The notes under the pieces: model-generated | The model's input: only the letters and a program-made list of their open reading frames with translations | Told to the model about the DNA's origin: nothing | Database searches by the model: none | Assembly: GCA_964434515.1 (NCBI GenBank) | Contig: CAYSWE010000001.1 | Coordinates: 1 to 28,705, forward strand | Source: an uncultured Phycisphaerales bacterium | Lineage (GTDB): Bacteria; Planctomycetota; UBA1135; GCA-002748355 | Reading direction: 5' to 3' | DNA length: 28,705 bases | Translations under genes and position numbers: made by a program | Shown here: positions 7,284-16,014 of the stretch, piece by piece | Layout: every line of letters starts with the position of its first letter | Position numbering within the stretch: the first letter of the stretch is position 1

Positions 7284-9203
7284 ATGCCAGCGGCGCGCAA
7301 CGCCGTGCGAAGCGATTCGCTCCGCTTGTTCTATCGAGTCGGCGGCGCAGTGCTGTCGATAGGGACTTGGTCCGTGGTCCACCGCCCGCTACACGCTCCG
7401 CCTATGCTAGCAGTCTGTCTTGGCCTTGCCACGGCCGGGGCGACGTTTGGCGTGGGTTGGTTGCGCGCGGCCGCATCGGGTGTGTGTGGCGGGGCGCCTG
7501 CGGCGGCGTGGGTCGTTGTGACCGCGCTCGTATTTGGTGCGATCTCGGTCGTTACGTTCCGCGGCGAGGCGCGTGGGCGTGCCATCGCGGCGCGGCTTGT
7601 GGTCTGTGGTGCGGTGATTGTGGCGCTAGCCTCAACCGCGACCTTGGTCGTGACCGGCAAGTGCGGCGACGTGTTCGGCACCTTCACCTTCTGGCTCGAC
7701 GACGACATGATGATCTCGTTGCGCTATGCCGCGAACTGCGCGCGGGGTGATGGACTCGTGTGGAACGTGGGCGAGCACGTCGAGGGCTTCACCAACTTGC
7801 TTTGGACCTTGATGCTCGTTCCGGCCCACTGGCTGGCCGGTCAGGACACGGTCGCCTTGGTCGCCATCGTGATGAGCACGGCGTTCCTCATCGGTGCCGT
7901 TGTCGCGACGTTTCACTGCACACGGCGGCTCGGTGCCTCGCGAACGACCGCGGCGCTCGCGGCGATGACCGTCGCGGGTTCGGCTCCGCTGATCCACTGG
8001 ACCGCGTCTGGGGGGGAGGCGCCGCTCGCAGCGCTGCTCTTGGTCGTGTTCGCAACTCTCCTGCTCGCGGGTGTGGCGTCCACGGCGCGCGCGGTCGTGG
8101 TCGGGATCGTCGCGGGGCTCGCCGTGCTGACGCGCCCGGACTGCGCAGTGGTCGTCGGGGTCTTGTTGGCTTGGTTCACGGTCGTCCATCGTCCCCGGCG
8201 GTCCGTGTTGCTCGCCGGTGGCGCGGCGTTCGTCCTGCTGCCAGCCCTCCAGGTCGTGCTCCGCCTGGCCTACTACGGCGAGGTGCTACCCAATACCTAC
8301 TACCTCAAGGCCACCGGCTGGGATGGGCAGTGGTCGCGCGGCTGGACCTATGTCGGGGGACTCGTCATGGCGCACGCCGCGCTGGTCGTGGCAGCACTCG
8401 GCGGGATCGCCGGTCGCAACCGACGCGCGCGGCTGGGGATCGTTTGCGCCATCGCCGCGCATCTGGTCTACGTCGCCTCCGTCGGCGGCGACGAACTGCC
8501 AGCAAGTCGCTTTCTCGTTCCCGTGATTCCACTGCTGGCTGCGGTTGGTTTTGCCGGCGCCGAACGGATCGGCTCGGCGCTCGGACCGCATTACCGTCTC
8601 GACTTCGTGCTGCCCGGCCTCCTGCTCGTCGTCGGCGGCGTGTCGACCGGGCTTGCGCCGGGGTTTGTGACGCACGAATCGCGCGAGCGGGGTGTCGCCG
8701 AACTGCGCAACGTGCAGCTCGGGCGCCTCATCGAGTACAACACCAAGCCGAACGCCACGGTTGCCCACTTCTGGGCTGGTGCAACGGCCTACTTTTCGAA
8801 TCGTCGCGGCATCGACCTGCTCGGCAAGTGCGACCGGCATGTCGCTCGGCTCCTGGCTCGGCCAGGCCTGAATGCGCCCGGGCACAACAAATACGACTTC
8901 GTCTACTCCCTGGGCCTTGGTCCTGACGTTGTGGTTGGTGGGCTCGGCGGTCGAGCCGACCCGCACGCCACCACAGGTCTCGTCGAGCGGTTCCGTCACA
9001 GCGACTGCCGGGCCTTCGTGGACCTGCTCGATGACCCCGAGTTCGGCCTGCGCTATGCGGCGCACTCGGTCGGTTCGGCTCCGGACAGTCCGCCGCTGCT
9101 ACGCTGGTTGTGCCGAGAATGGCACGGCACCTACGTGCGCGGCGGGACGCCCCGCGCCCGCGCCGCCATGGCCTGGCAGCTACCCCCGAAAAAACGACTC
9201 TGA
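7284..9203 (+). CDS. Polytopic membrane protein, GT-C-fold glycosyltransferase-like (AftB/GT89-like loop motif)
   Basis: Many hydrophobic segments. [36 protein letters not shown] follows the first helices. Also [16 protein letters not shown] and RFLVP motifs. The start is uncertain (7275 or 7284). Confidence 0.8.
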   Translation: MPAARNAVRSDSLRLFYRVGGAVLSIGTWSVVHRPLHAPPMLAVCLGLATAGATFGVGWLRAAASGVCGGAPAAAWVVVTALVFGAISVVTFRGEARGRAIAARLVVCGAVIVALASTATLVVTGKCGDVFGTFTFWLDDDMMISLRYAANCARGDGLVWNVGEHVEGFTNLLWTLMLVPAHWLAGQDTVALVAIVMSTAFLIGAVVATFHCTRRLGASRTTAALAAMTVAGSAPLIHWTASGGEAPLAALLLVVFATLLLAGVASTARAVVVGIVAGLAVLTRPDCAVVVGVLLAWFTVVHRPRRSVLLAGGAAFVLLPALQVVLRLAYYGEVLPNTYYLKATGWDGQWSRGWTYVGGLVMAHAALVVAALGGIAGRNRRARLGIVCAIAAHLVYVASVGGDELPASRFLVPVIPLLAAVGFAGAERIGSALGPHYRLDFVLPGLLLVVGGVSTGLAPGFVTHESRERGVAELRNVQLGRLIEYNTKPNATVAHFWAGATAYFSNRRGIDLLGKCDRHVARLLARPGLNAPGHNKYDFVYSLGLGPDVVVGGLGGRADPHATTGLVERFRHSDCRAFVDLLDDPEFGLRYAAHSVGSAPDSPPLLRWLCREWHGTYVRGGTPRARAAMAWQLPPKKRL

Positions 9204-9379
9204 CACGTTTTTTCCGCCCTGCGCGGAGCTTACTTTCCCGAGGATTCGGACTATATGGAGTGGAAGCCGAGCTGCCATCGGGCCTTGCGTTCAAGGATGT
9301 GTTCGCGGATGGTCGATGCATCCACGACCGGGCCGGGCTCGGTTTGTCCTGCTCCCCGTTTGGTTGACAGACTCGCCCT

Positions 9380-10480
9380 ATGGTTCGAAAGATCGACAGA
9401 GACCACAGTCGCTTCCGGCAGATCGTTCGGGGAAAGATCAAGCAGGACCTGAAGAAGTTCGTCAGCTCCGGCGAGCTGATCGGCAAGCAGGGCGGCAAAT
9501 ACGTGTCGATCCCGATCCCGCAGATCAACCTGCCGCGATTTCGTTTTGGGCAGAACCCGCAGGGCGGCGTCGGCCAGGGTGAGGGCAACGAGGGAGACCC
9601 TGTCGAGGGTATGGGAGAGGGCGAGGGCCAGGCCGGCGAGGACCCGGGGCAGCACGTCTTGGAGGTCGACGTCAGCCTCGAGGACCTGGCGGCGATTCTC
9701 GGCGAGGAACTCGAGCTTCCAAACATCGAGCCCAAGGGGAAGAAGGTCATCAGCCAGGCCGGCGGCTCGTGGAAGGGCGTGCGCCGCGTTGGGCCCGAGA
9801 GCCTGCGCCACTTCAAGCGCACGTATCGCGAGGCGCTGAAGCGGCAGATCGCCGCCGGACTCTACGATCCGGACAACCCTGCGATCATTCCGATCCGCGG
9901 CGACAAGCGCTTCAAGTCGCGCAAGGAGACGGTGCACCCGCAGGCCAATGCCGCCATCATCTACATGATGGATGTGTCGGGCAGCATGGGGCGTGAGCAG
10001 AAGGAGATCGTGCGCATCGAGGCGTTCTGGATCGATACCTGGCTGCGTTCGCAGTACAAGAACATAGAAGTGCAGTACATCGTGCATGACGCGGTTGCTC
10101 ATCTCGTCGACCAGCACACGTTTTTTCATCTGCGCGAGTCTGGTGGAACCAAGATCTCCTCGGCCTACGAACTCTGTCTGCAGCTGATGGGGGACCGCTA
10201 TCCGGCCGACGAGTGGAACCTGTATCCATTCCATTTTTCCGACGGCGACAACTGGTCGACGCGCGACACCGAGCATTGCGTGAGCCTGCTGCGCGACCAG
10301 ATCCTCCCGGTGAGCAATCAGTTCTGCTATGGGCAGGTGAAGAGCGCATACGGCTCTGGCCAGTTCAAGAAGGACCTGGACGCCGCGCTCGGTGACGAGC
10401 AGCGGCTCGTCACGTCCGACATTCTGGATCGTGATGGGATCCTGGATTCCATCAAGTCGTTCCTCGGCAAGGGGCGCTGA
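9380..10480 (+). CDS. yeaH: DUF444 family (YeaH/YhbH) vWA-type protein
   Basis: [14 protein letters not shown] start, Gly-rich [10 protein letters not shown] region, [15 protein letters not shown]-like [19 protein letters not shown] and [16 protein letters not shown] overlap with the next gene. Confidence 0.93.
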   Translation: MVRKIDRDHSRFRQIVRGKIKQDLKKFVSSGELIGKQGGKYVSIPIPQINLPRFRFGQNPQGGVGQGEGNEGDPVEGMGEGEGQAGEDPGQHVLEVDVSLEDLAAILGEELELPNIEPKGKKVISQAGGSWKGVRRVGPESLRHFKRTYREALKRQIAAGLYDPDNPAIIPIRGDKRFKSRKETVHPQANAAIIYMMDVSGSMGREQKEIVRIEAFWIDTWLRSQYKNIEVQYIVHDAVAHLVDQHTFFHLRESGGTKISSAYELCLQLMGDRYPADEWNLYPFHFSDGDNWSTRDTEHCVSLLRDQILPVSNQFCYGQVKSAYGSGQFKKDLDAALGDEQRLVTSDILDRDGILDSIKSFLGKGR

Positions 10481-12003
10481 TGGCCAACCTGACTCCGGAA
10501 CTCGCAGCGATTCACGAGGAAGTCAAGGCGCTGGCGAAACAGTATGGCCTCGACACCTTCGAGACGATCTTCGAACTGATCGATTCCGATCAGATGAATA
10601 TGATCGCCGCTTATGGCGGCTTCCCGACGCGCTATCCGCATTGGCGTTTCGGTATGGAGTACGAGCAGCTTGCCAAGAGCTACGAATACGGTCTTTCCAA
10701 GATCTACGAGCTCGTGATCAACAACGACCCGTGCTACGCCTATCTCATGCGCTCGAACGGGCTGACCGACCAGAAGCTCGTGATGGCGCACGTCTATGGG
10801 CATTGCGACTTCTTCAAGAACAACTATTGGTTCTCGAAGACCAATCGAAAGATGATGGACGCGATGGCCAACCACGGCACGCGGATTCGCGCCTACATGG
10901 ATCGACACGGCGTGGCCGAGGTCGAAGACTTTATCGACCGCGTGCACAGTCTCGACAACCTCATCGATCCACACAGTCCGTTCATCCAGCGAGAAGGCCA
11001 CGCGGCGGCCGCCGAGGAAGCGCAGTCCGAAGTGTCGCGCATGGCCGCCAAGGACTACATGGATCGCTACATCAACCCGCCGGAGTTTCTCGAGGCGCAG
11101 CAGCGTCAGCTCGACGAGGAACACGAGCGCAGCCTGGGCTTTCCGGCCGAACCGGCTCGCGATGTCCTCCAGTTCATGCTCGAGTACGCGCCGCTGCAAC
11201 GCTGGCAACAGGACGTGCTCGCGATGCTACGCGAGGAGGCCTACTACTTCGTGCCGCAGGCGATGACCAAGATCATGAACGAGGGCTGGGCCGTCTACTG
11301 GCATTCGACGATGATGTGCAATCACCTGGTCACCGCCGACGAGGTCGTGATCTATTGCGACCATCACTCGGGAACGCTCGCGACACAGCCGGGGCGCGTC
11401 AATCCCTACAAGCTCGGCGTCGAGTTGTTCCGCGACATCGAGCATCGCTGGAACCGTGGCAAGTTTGGCCTCGACTATCAGCGGATCGAGGACGCTCATG
11501 ACCGCCGCAGGTTCGACAACGGCGCTGGACTCGGGCGCGAGAAGATCTTCGCCGTGCGCAAGTCGCATAACGACGTGACGTTCATCGACGAGTTTCTCAA
11601 TGCCGAGTTCGCCGAAGACCAGAAGCTCTTCGTCTATGGTTTTAACCAGCGCACCGGCCAGTATGAGATCGTTGACCGCGACTGGACCAAGGTCAAACAG
11701 CAGCTGCTCTGGTCACTCACAAACTTTGGCCAGCCAAGGATCAGCGTCGTCGACGCCAACTACCAGAATCGGGGCGAACTCTACCTCTATCACGACTGGG
11801 CCGGAGTCGACCTGCAGTTCGAGGAGGCGGCGCAGACCCTACGAGCTCTGCACGCGATGTGGACCCGCCCTGTGCACCTAGAGACGCGCGAGGAAGGCAA
11901 CGGTCGACTGCTGAGCTTCGATGGCGAAGAGGTCCAGTTCCGGGAGCTGGCACCGGCTGCGGATGCGGCACTCGTCGTGGGGCAGGACTCGGACGAGGGC
12001 TGA
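10480..12003 (+). CDS. spoVR: SpoVR/YcgB family protein
   Basis: GGFPTRYPHWRFG, KIYELVINNDPCYAYL, HVYGHCDFFKNN, TKIMNEGWA, NPYKLG and DVTFIDEFL. Translationally coupled to the DUF444 gene. Confidence 0.93.
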   Translation: MANLTPELAAIHEEVKALAKQYGLDTFETIFELIDSDQMNMIAAYGGFPTRYPHWRFGMEYEQLAKSYEYGLSKIYELVINNDPCYAYLMRSNGLTDQKLVMAHVYGHCDFFKNNYWFSKTNRKMMDAMANHGTRIRAYMDRHGVAEVEDFIDRVHSLDNLIDPHSPFIQREGHAAAAEEAQSEVSRMAAKDYMDRYINPPEFLEAQQRQLDEEHERSLGFPAEPARDVLQFMLEYAPLQRWQQDVLAMLREEAYYFVPQAMTKIMNEGWAVYWHSTMMCNHLVTADEVVIYCDHHSGTLATQPGRVNPYKLGVELFRDIEHRWNRGKFGLDYQRIEDAHDRRRFDNGAGLGREKIFAVRKSHNDVTFIDEFLNAEFAEDQKLFVYGFNQRTGQYEIVDRDWTKVKQQLLWSLTNFGQPRISVVDANYQNRGELYLYHDWAGVDLQFEEAAQTLRALHAMWTRPVHLETREEGNGRLLSFDGEEVQFRELAPAADAALVVGQDSDEG

Positions 12004-12008
12004 TCACC

Positions 12009-12659
12009 TCACGAACGCCTCGCTCCCCAGACCACGAGCCGGTCGAGCACGACATAGAGGGCACCGACGGCGAGCGGCGGGTTCGCGGTCCTTACGCCCA
12101 GCCAGGGGACGTGGTGTTTCCAGGCCCAGTTGCCGAGCCAGGTGCCCTCGAGTTCCATGGCCAGCGCGAGCAGGAGCATGGTGACGTAGAGCCGGCGTTC
12201 GGTGCGGCTGCGCGACGCGAGCACGTACAGCGCGAAGAGGCAAGGGCTCAGCCGGTCGATGCCGAGCACGAGGCTCAGGGTGAACCACGGCAGGCCGAGC
12301 CAGAGCACGACGTCGTCAAGTCGCGCCGGCATGCGTTTGGCGAGGAACTGGCCCAGGAGGAATAGCAGCACATGCCCTGGCGGGACGAACAACGGCAGAT
12401 TGCCGAACTGGTAGTCGTAGAGTCCCCAGACGAGCGATAGGACGGCCTCCCCGGCGGTCGCGAAGGCGAGGCACCAGACCATGACCCAGCGTCGTTCTCG
12501 GGTTCCCGCAAAGAACAGCCAGGAGAAAACCGTCCACGTGCAGGCATCCACGGCGACCTGCCCCGTCTTGCCCAGCGTTCGATCGGCGACGAGGCCACCG
12601 ACGATCAGCAGCCCGATCATAAGGGCTTCCCACCGCGCGACGTGCGCGCGACGGTTCAC
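12009..12659 (-). CDS. Uncharacterised integral membrane protein with two Glu-containing half-repeats; 216 aa
   Basis: Hydrophobic ORF with GEAVLSLVWGLYDYQFGNLPLFVPPGH and ELEGTWLGNWAW. GTG 12659 overlaps the TGA of the upstream lipoprotein gene (GTGA). Confidence 0.75.
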   Translation of the reverse strand: MNRRAHVARWEALMIGLLIVGGLVADRTLGKTGQVAVDACTWTVFSWLFFAGTRERRWVMVWCLAFATAGEAVLSLVWGLYDYQFGNLPLFVPPGHVLLFLLGQFLAKRMPARLDDVVLWLGLPWFTLSLVLGIDRLSPCLFALYVLASRSRTERRLYVTMLLLALAMELEGTWLGNWAWKHHVPWLGVRTANPPLAVGALYVVLDRLVVWGARRS

Positions 12660-13048
12660 TTCTCGTTGGCCTGTTCGGCGCGGTCTTTCTGCAGGACTTC
12701 CGTGCTGGGTTTGTACTCGCCGGACACCGTCGTGATCACGGGCGTCAGGATCCACGTGAACGGAGGGAAGCCGTACCAGTAATTCTCAGACGACGACTCG
12801 ACGATGCGGATCTCGTTGCCACCATCCGCGGAGATCGCCTGGGTCAGCTTGCCGACCATCGTATCGAGGGTCGTGTTACCGAACAGCGGGATGGCGACGG
12901 CCAGATTCACACCGACGTTGGTCGTCGACGTGACGTAGATGGGTTTGCCGTCCTGGCCGACCACGCCATTCCAGTGGCGTGCCGTGGACGCGAACGTGCA
13001 GGAGCTTGCCAAGAGCAGCGTGAGAGCGAGGCTGAGGTGTAGTCGCAA
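12656..13048 (-). CDS. Small putative lipoprotein; 130 aa
   Basis: TTG 13048 is preceded by AGGGAG. Leader MRLHLSLALTLLLASS-C with a lipobox-like Cys. Confidence 0.75.
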   Translation of the reverse strand: MRLHLSLALTLLLASSCTFASTARHWNGVVGQDGKPIYVTSTTNVGVNLAVAIPLFGNTTLDTMVGKLTQAISADGGNEIRIVESSSENYWYGFPPFTWILTPVITTVSGEYKPSTEVLQKDRAEQANEK

Positions 13049-13127
13049 CGGTTTCTCCCTGTTGTGGTGAGCCGTGGAGTGTGGCGTGCCCGAGTTCTTG
13101 CGCAACGCTCTGTCGTGCGAGAGGGCG

Positions 13128-13565
13128 CTACTTCCGGCCGAGCCACCAAACGAACAGCATCAAGCCTGCTTGCGAAGCGATGCTCACACCCCGGCTCGGC
13201 GCGGCGATGCCCAGAGCGGTTGCGTCGTGCAGGGCACCCAGCTGGTGCAACGGGATCATGGCGCCGAGCGTGGCCACGAGGCCCCAGGAAGCCAGCTTGC
13301 GCAGCCGCTTGATGGCGAAAGCCGCGCCGGCGATGAGTTGTCCGAGGCCCCCGGCGTAGACAACGCCCGGCGTGCCGGACAGGGCCGACGGCAGGCGATT
13401 CATGAGTTGTTCGGGCGACAGCAGGGCCCAGCCGCCCGTCGCTAGGAACGCGAGACCTGCTGCCCACGCCGCTCGCTCGCGAACCGTGTCCCAGAGAGCG
13501 CGTTTGCGGAAGAACGGGAGGTGGAGAACTGCGAATACGGTGAAGGAGATTCCAAGGAAGAGCAT
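13128..13565 (-). CDS. DoxX-like small membrane protein
   Basis: About 4 hydrophobic helices. The pattern P..L.....VVYAGGLGQLIAGAAF...RKLASWGL resembles DoxX-like proteins. ATG 13565. Confidence 0.65.
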   Translation of the reverse strand: MLFLGISFTVFAVLHLPFFRKRALWDTVRERAAWAAGLAFLATGGWALLSPEQLMNRLPSALSGTPGVVYAGGLGQLIAGAAFAIKRLRKLASWGLVATLGAMIPLHQLGALHDATALGIAAPSRGVSIASQAGLMLFVWWLGRK

Positions 13566-13676
13566 GGCGGGGCACGATACTCGAAGCTTCGCGGTTCGGT
13601 GCGGAAGACTCGGGTAGGATGCAGTTCCCATCGACTACACGACTGTCGCGCAATCGAACCTACGAGGAGGCTTCTC

Positions 13677-14927
13677 ATGATCACGCATCAATCCAGGTCG
13701 CGGTTTCTCGCCGCGTTGGCTGTCTTGCTTCTTGGTGGCTTGGCTTCGGCGCAGCGACGCGTATGGATCGTGGATGGCGACGGCCGACCAGGAACCGACT
13801 TCCGCGTACTGCCAAAGGCCGTCGCCGCTGCGAAGGATGGTGACGTCATCCGAGTGCGCCGCAGGGCACTCTCGGTTCCCTATCGGGGCTTCGCGACGAG
13901 TAAGGCCTTGTCCATCCTGGCCGAGTCGGAAGGGATCCGGCTTTACACGCAGGTGACGGTCCACGATCTAGCCAGGGGGAAGGACGTCGTTCTGCGAGGG
14001 TTTGCGTTTAGCGCGCTTTTTCCACAAGGCGATATCGACCTGGTGACGGTGCGCGATTGCCGAGGGCGGGTGCTCATCGAGCAGTCGACCATGGAGCAGC
14101 CTTTTCCGCGGCGTGTTTGTGGTAAGGCCGCCGGACTTTTCGTGAAGGATTGTGCTGACGTCTCCCTTCACCAGCTCAAGGTCTCCGGTGCTCCAGGGAT
14201 CCGTGTTCAGGGGAGTTCGCTGCACGTGGCGAATTGTGACGTCCGTGGCGTGAGTGCCTGGCAGGTGCACTTTGTCTACTTCGGTGGATGCATCGCGATG
14301 GACGCTTCGGGCTCGATGGTCGACGTAGCCGGTGGCAAGCTCACGGGTGGCTCTGCGCCGTTCGTGCAGGTGTCCCTCGTTGTCCCAGCCCGCGAGGCTG
14401 TTCGACTCGACCGCACCTCCAGGCTGACCCTTCGCGGCGACGCGAGCACCGTGGTTCGCGCTGGTGAGCCCCACTTCACAAAGGTCGCAGTCTCGGCGAT
14501 CCTCGGTACTGGACAGCTCGTCATCGACCCCAGCATCCGCCCCCTGTCGGCCAACGGTGCGCCGCCGATCGCTGCGAGCCTGCGCACGACGCGCACGCGC
14601 CTCCCGGCGCTGGCGATGACGGGCGCCGGTCCGGGGGGGACGGCGCGCGGTCAGCTGTTCTCACCCCGCGGCGACTTCGTTTGGATCTTTCATGGCCTCG
14701 TAGCCGACAGGATTCCGCTCCCAATCCTCGGCGGCAGCTTGGCCCTGGACCCGCGCGTGATCTTTCTCGTCGCTCAAGGGAGGCAAGGCGCGACCGAGCA
14801 CTTCTCGGCAAGCTTTTCGATTCCCAAGCTCCCGGGGCTCGTTGGTTTCAAGTTCGGCTGGCAGGCGGTCAGCGGGACGGTTCGTGGGCTACGGTTGTCC
14901 AACGCGGTCCTGGCCGTCCACTTCTGA
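13677..14927 (+). CDS. Secreted protein with a probable right-handed beta-helix (pectin-lyase-like) region and a conserved-looking C-terminal domain; 416 aa
   Basis: GAGGAGG precedes ATG 13677. Signal peptide ending ...GGLASA-Q. N-terminal VWIVD...DF..L..AV.AAKDGDVIRVR is typical of beta-helix proteins, followed by short beta-strand repeats. Confidence 0.78.
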   Translation: MITHQSRSRFLAALAVLLLGGLASAQRRVWIVDGDGRPGTDFRVLPKAVAAAKDGDVIRVRRRALSVPYRGFATSKALSILAESEGIRLYTQVTVHDLARGKDVVLRGFAFSALFPQGDIDLVTVRDCRGRVLIEQSTMEQPFPRRVCGKAAGLFVKDCADVSLHQLKVSGAPGIRVQGSSLHVANCDVRGVSAWQVHFVYFGGCIAMDASGSMVDVAGGKLTGGSAPFVQVSLVVPAREAVRLDRTSRLTLRGDASTVVRAGEPHFTKVAVSAILGTGQLVIDPSIRPLSANGAPPIAASLRTTRTRLPALAMTGAGPGGTARGQLFSPRGDFVWIFHGLVADRIPLPILGGSLALDPRVIFLVAQGRQGATEHFSASFSIPKLPGLVGFKFGWQAVSGTVRGLRLSNAVLAVHF

Positions 14928-15095
14928 CGAAGAGCACGCCGTCTTGGCGGGGATGAGCGGTGCGACCAGGAAGCCGATAAGCAGCCCGATCCAGCCGGCT
15001 TCTTTCCAGTGGGTCCAGGATTGCACGGCAAATCCGAGCACGGCAGCGAGGATCACGACCGCGATCCTGCGTGGAGATGAAAGCGCTCACAACAT
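14889..15095 (-). CDS. Candidate small membrane selenoprotein, 68 aa: MLUALSSPRRIAVVILAAVLGFAVQSWTHWKEAGWIGLLIGFLVAPLIPAKTACSSSEVDGQDRVGQP
   Basis: Manual translation: ATG 15095, TTG, TGA 15089-15087, then an open frame with two hydrophobic helices to TAG 14891-14889. A SECIS-like hairpin follows the UGA. Not in the ORF track. Confidence 0.6.
15049..15068 (-). promoter_or_regulatory. Candidate bacterial SECIS element
   Basis: mRNA UGA-GCGCUUUCAUCUCCACGC-AGGAUC-GC-GGUC-GU-GAUCCU. AGGAUC pairs perfectly with GAUCCU, followed by G-U and C-G pairs closing a GGUC loop that starts 27 nt after the UGA. Confidence 0.6.
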
Positions 15096-15155
15096 GAGTG
15101 GATTCTCGCGGGGTAGGAACGTCCAAGCTACGCGCTCAGTGTATCGGAGACACCA

Positions 15156-15737
15156 CTAACGCGTCAGCGCTAGCTCGTAATTGCACACGCGGCGAATCGC
15201 GGCGGCAAAGTTCGCTTCTTGGAAGTTCGGTGTGACGAGAAACTCGCCGTCCTTGCCGCCGCTCCCCGTGTCGACGCAGATTGTGCCGACGCCGGCGCGG
15301 CTGCCGGCGAGGATGTCGCAGGTTGCTTGGCCGATGAGCCATGAGCGGCGCAGGTTGAGGTCGAACTCCTGTTCCGCCATCTTGAGCATGCCGATGTTGG
15401 GCTTGCGAAACACCGACTCCTTGCGCCAGCGCCCCTTCCCCTTGGGATGATAGAGGCACGCGTAAAACTTGCGCAGTGGCACGCCGGCATTGGAAAAGCC
15501 TTCGAGTACCTTCTCTTGGAACTTACGGAAGTCACGCTCGCGTAGGACCCCCTCGGCGACCCCGCGCTGGTTGCTGGCGATGAAAATGTCGATGCGTGTG
15601 GTGTCGATGCGGTGGAGCGCTGCCAGCGCCCCCTCGTAGAATCGCGGCTGCGTGTAGTCTTCCCGGTCCGTCCAGGGTTGGACCAAGATTCCGTGCAGAT
15701 CGAAAAACAGTGCCTGTCGTGTCCCGCCCTTGGCCAT
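15156..15737 (-). CDS. GmhB/HisB-N-like HAD-superfamily protein with degenerate catalytic motifs; 193 aa
   Basis: ALFFDLHG, ASNQRGV, CLYHP...RKPNIGML, SWLIGQATCDILAG..AG..TI.V.TG.G follow the GmhB layout. ATG 15737. Confidence 0.85.
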   Translation of the reverse strand: MAKGGTRQALFFDLHGILVQPWTDREDYTQPRFYEGALAALHRIDTTRIDIFIASNQRGVAEGVLRERDFRKFQEKVLEGFSNAGVPLRKFYACLYHPKGKGRWRKESVFRKPNIGMLKMAEQEFDLNLRRSWLIGQATCDILAGSRAGVGTICVDTGSGGKDGEFLVTPNFQEANFAAAIRRVCNYELALTR

Positions 15738-16014
15738 GGTCTCTGTCCTCGTTGCCGTCTTGTCGGGTGTGCGTCGTGCACGCCCGTCGGGCCAAATGCC
15801 CGCGAAAGCCCGATCGGATCGGATCGCTAAGCTCTTGAGGATCACGGAAAAACTCCCGAAAGAACGCTGCGGGGGCTCGCAGCAGCCCGACAGGGATGCG
15901 AAGCTTGTCTTCCGGAGACCCGTATCCGTCCCAACCTGAGAGATATCCTGGCCTTGCGAGGATCTGCGCCCGTAGCTCTGTTTCCCACCCGGCCTGAATG
16001 AGAACCAATCCACA

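Noticed and set aside
3947-11208. Long minus-strand ORFs 3947..5350, 8286..9065, 9251..10276 and 10327..11208
   Set aside because: They are antisense to well-supported genes, which is common in high-GC DNA, and have no recognisable motifs.
14869-15159. Track ORFs 14869..15126 (-) and 14842..15159 (+) as the gene filling this gap
   Set aside because: Their translations are Arg/Pro-rich and not protein-like. A different minus-strand frame (14889..15095) gives a clear two-TM pattern.
15156-15737. Assigning the symbol gmhB
   Set aside because: The catalytic DxD, motif IV Asp and zinc ligands are altered, and no heptose-pathway genes are adjacent.
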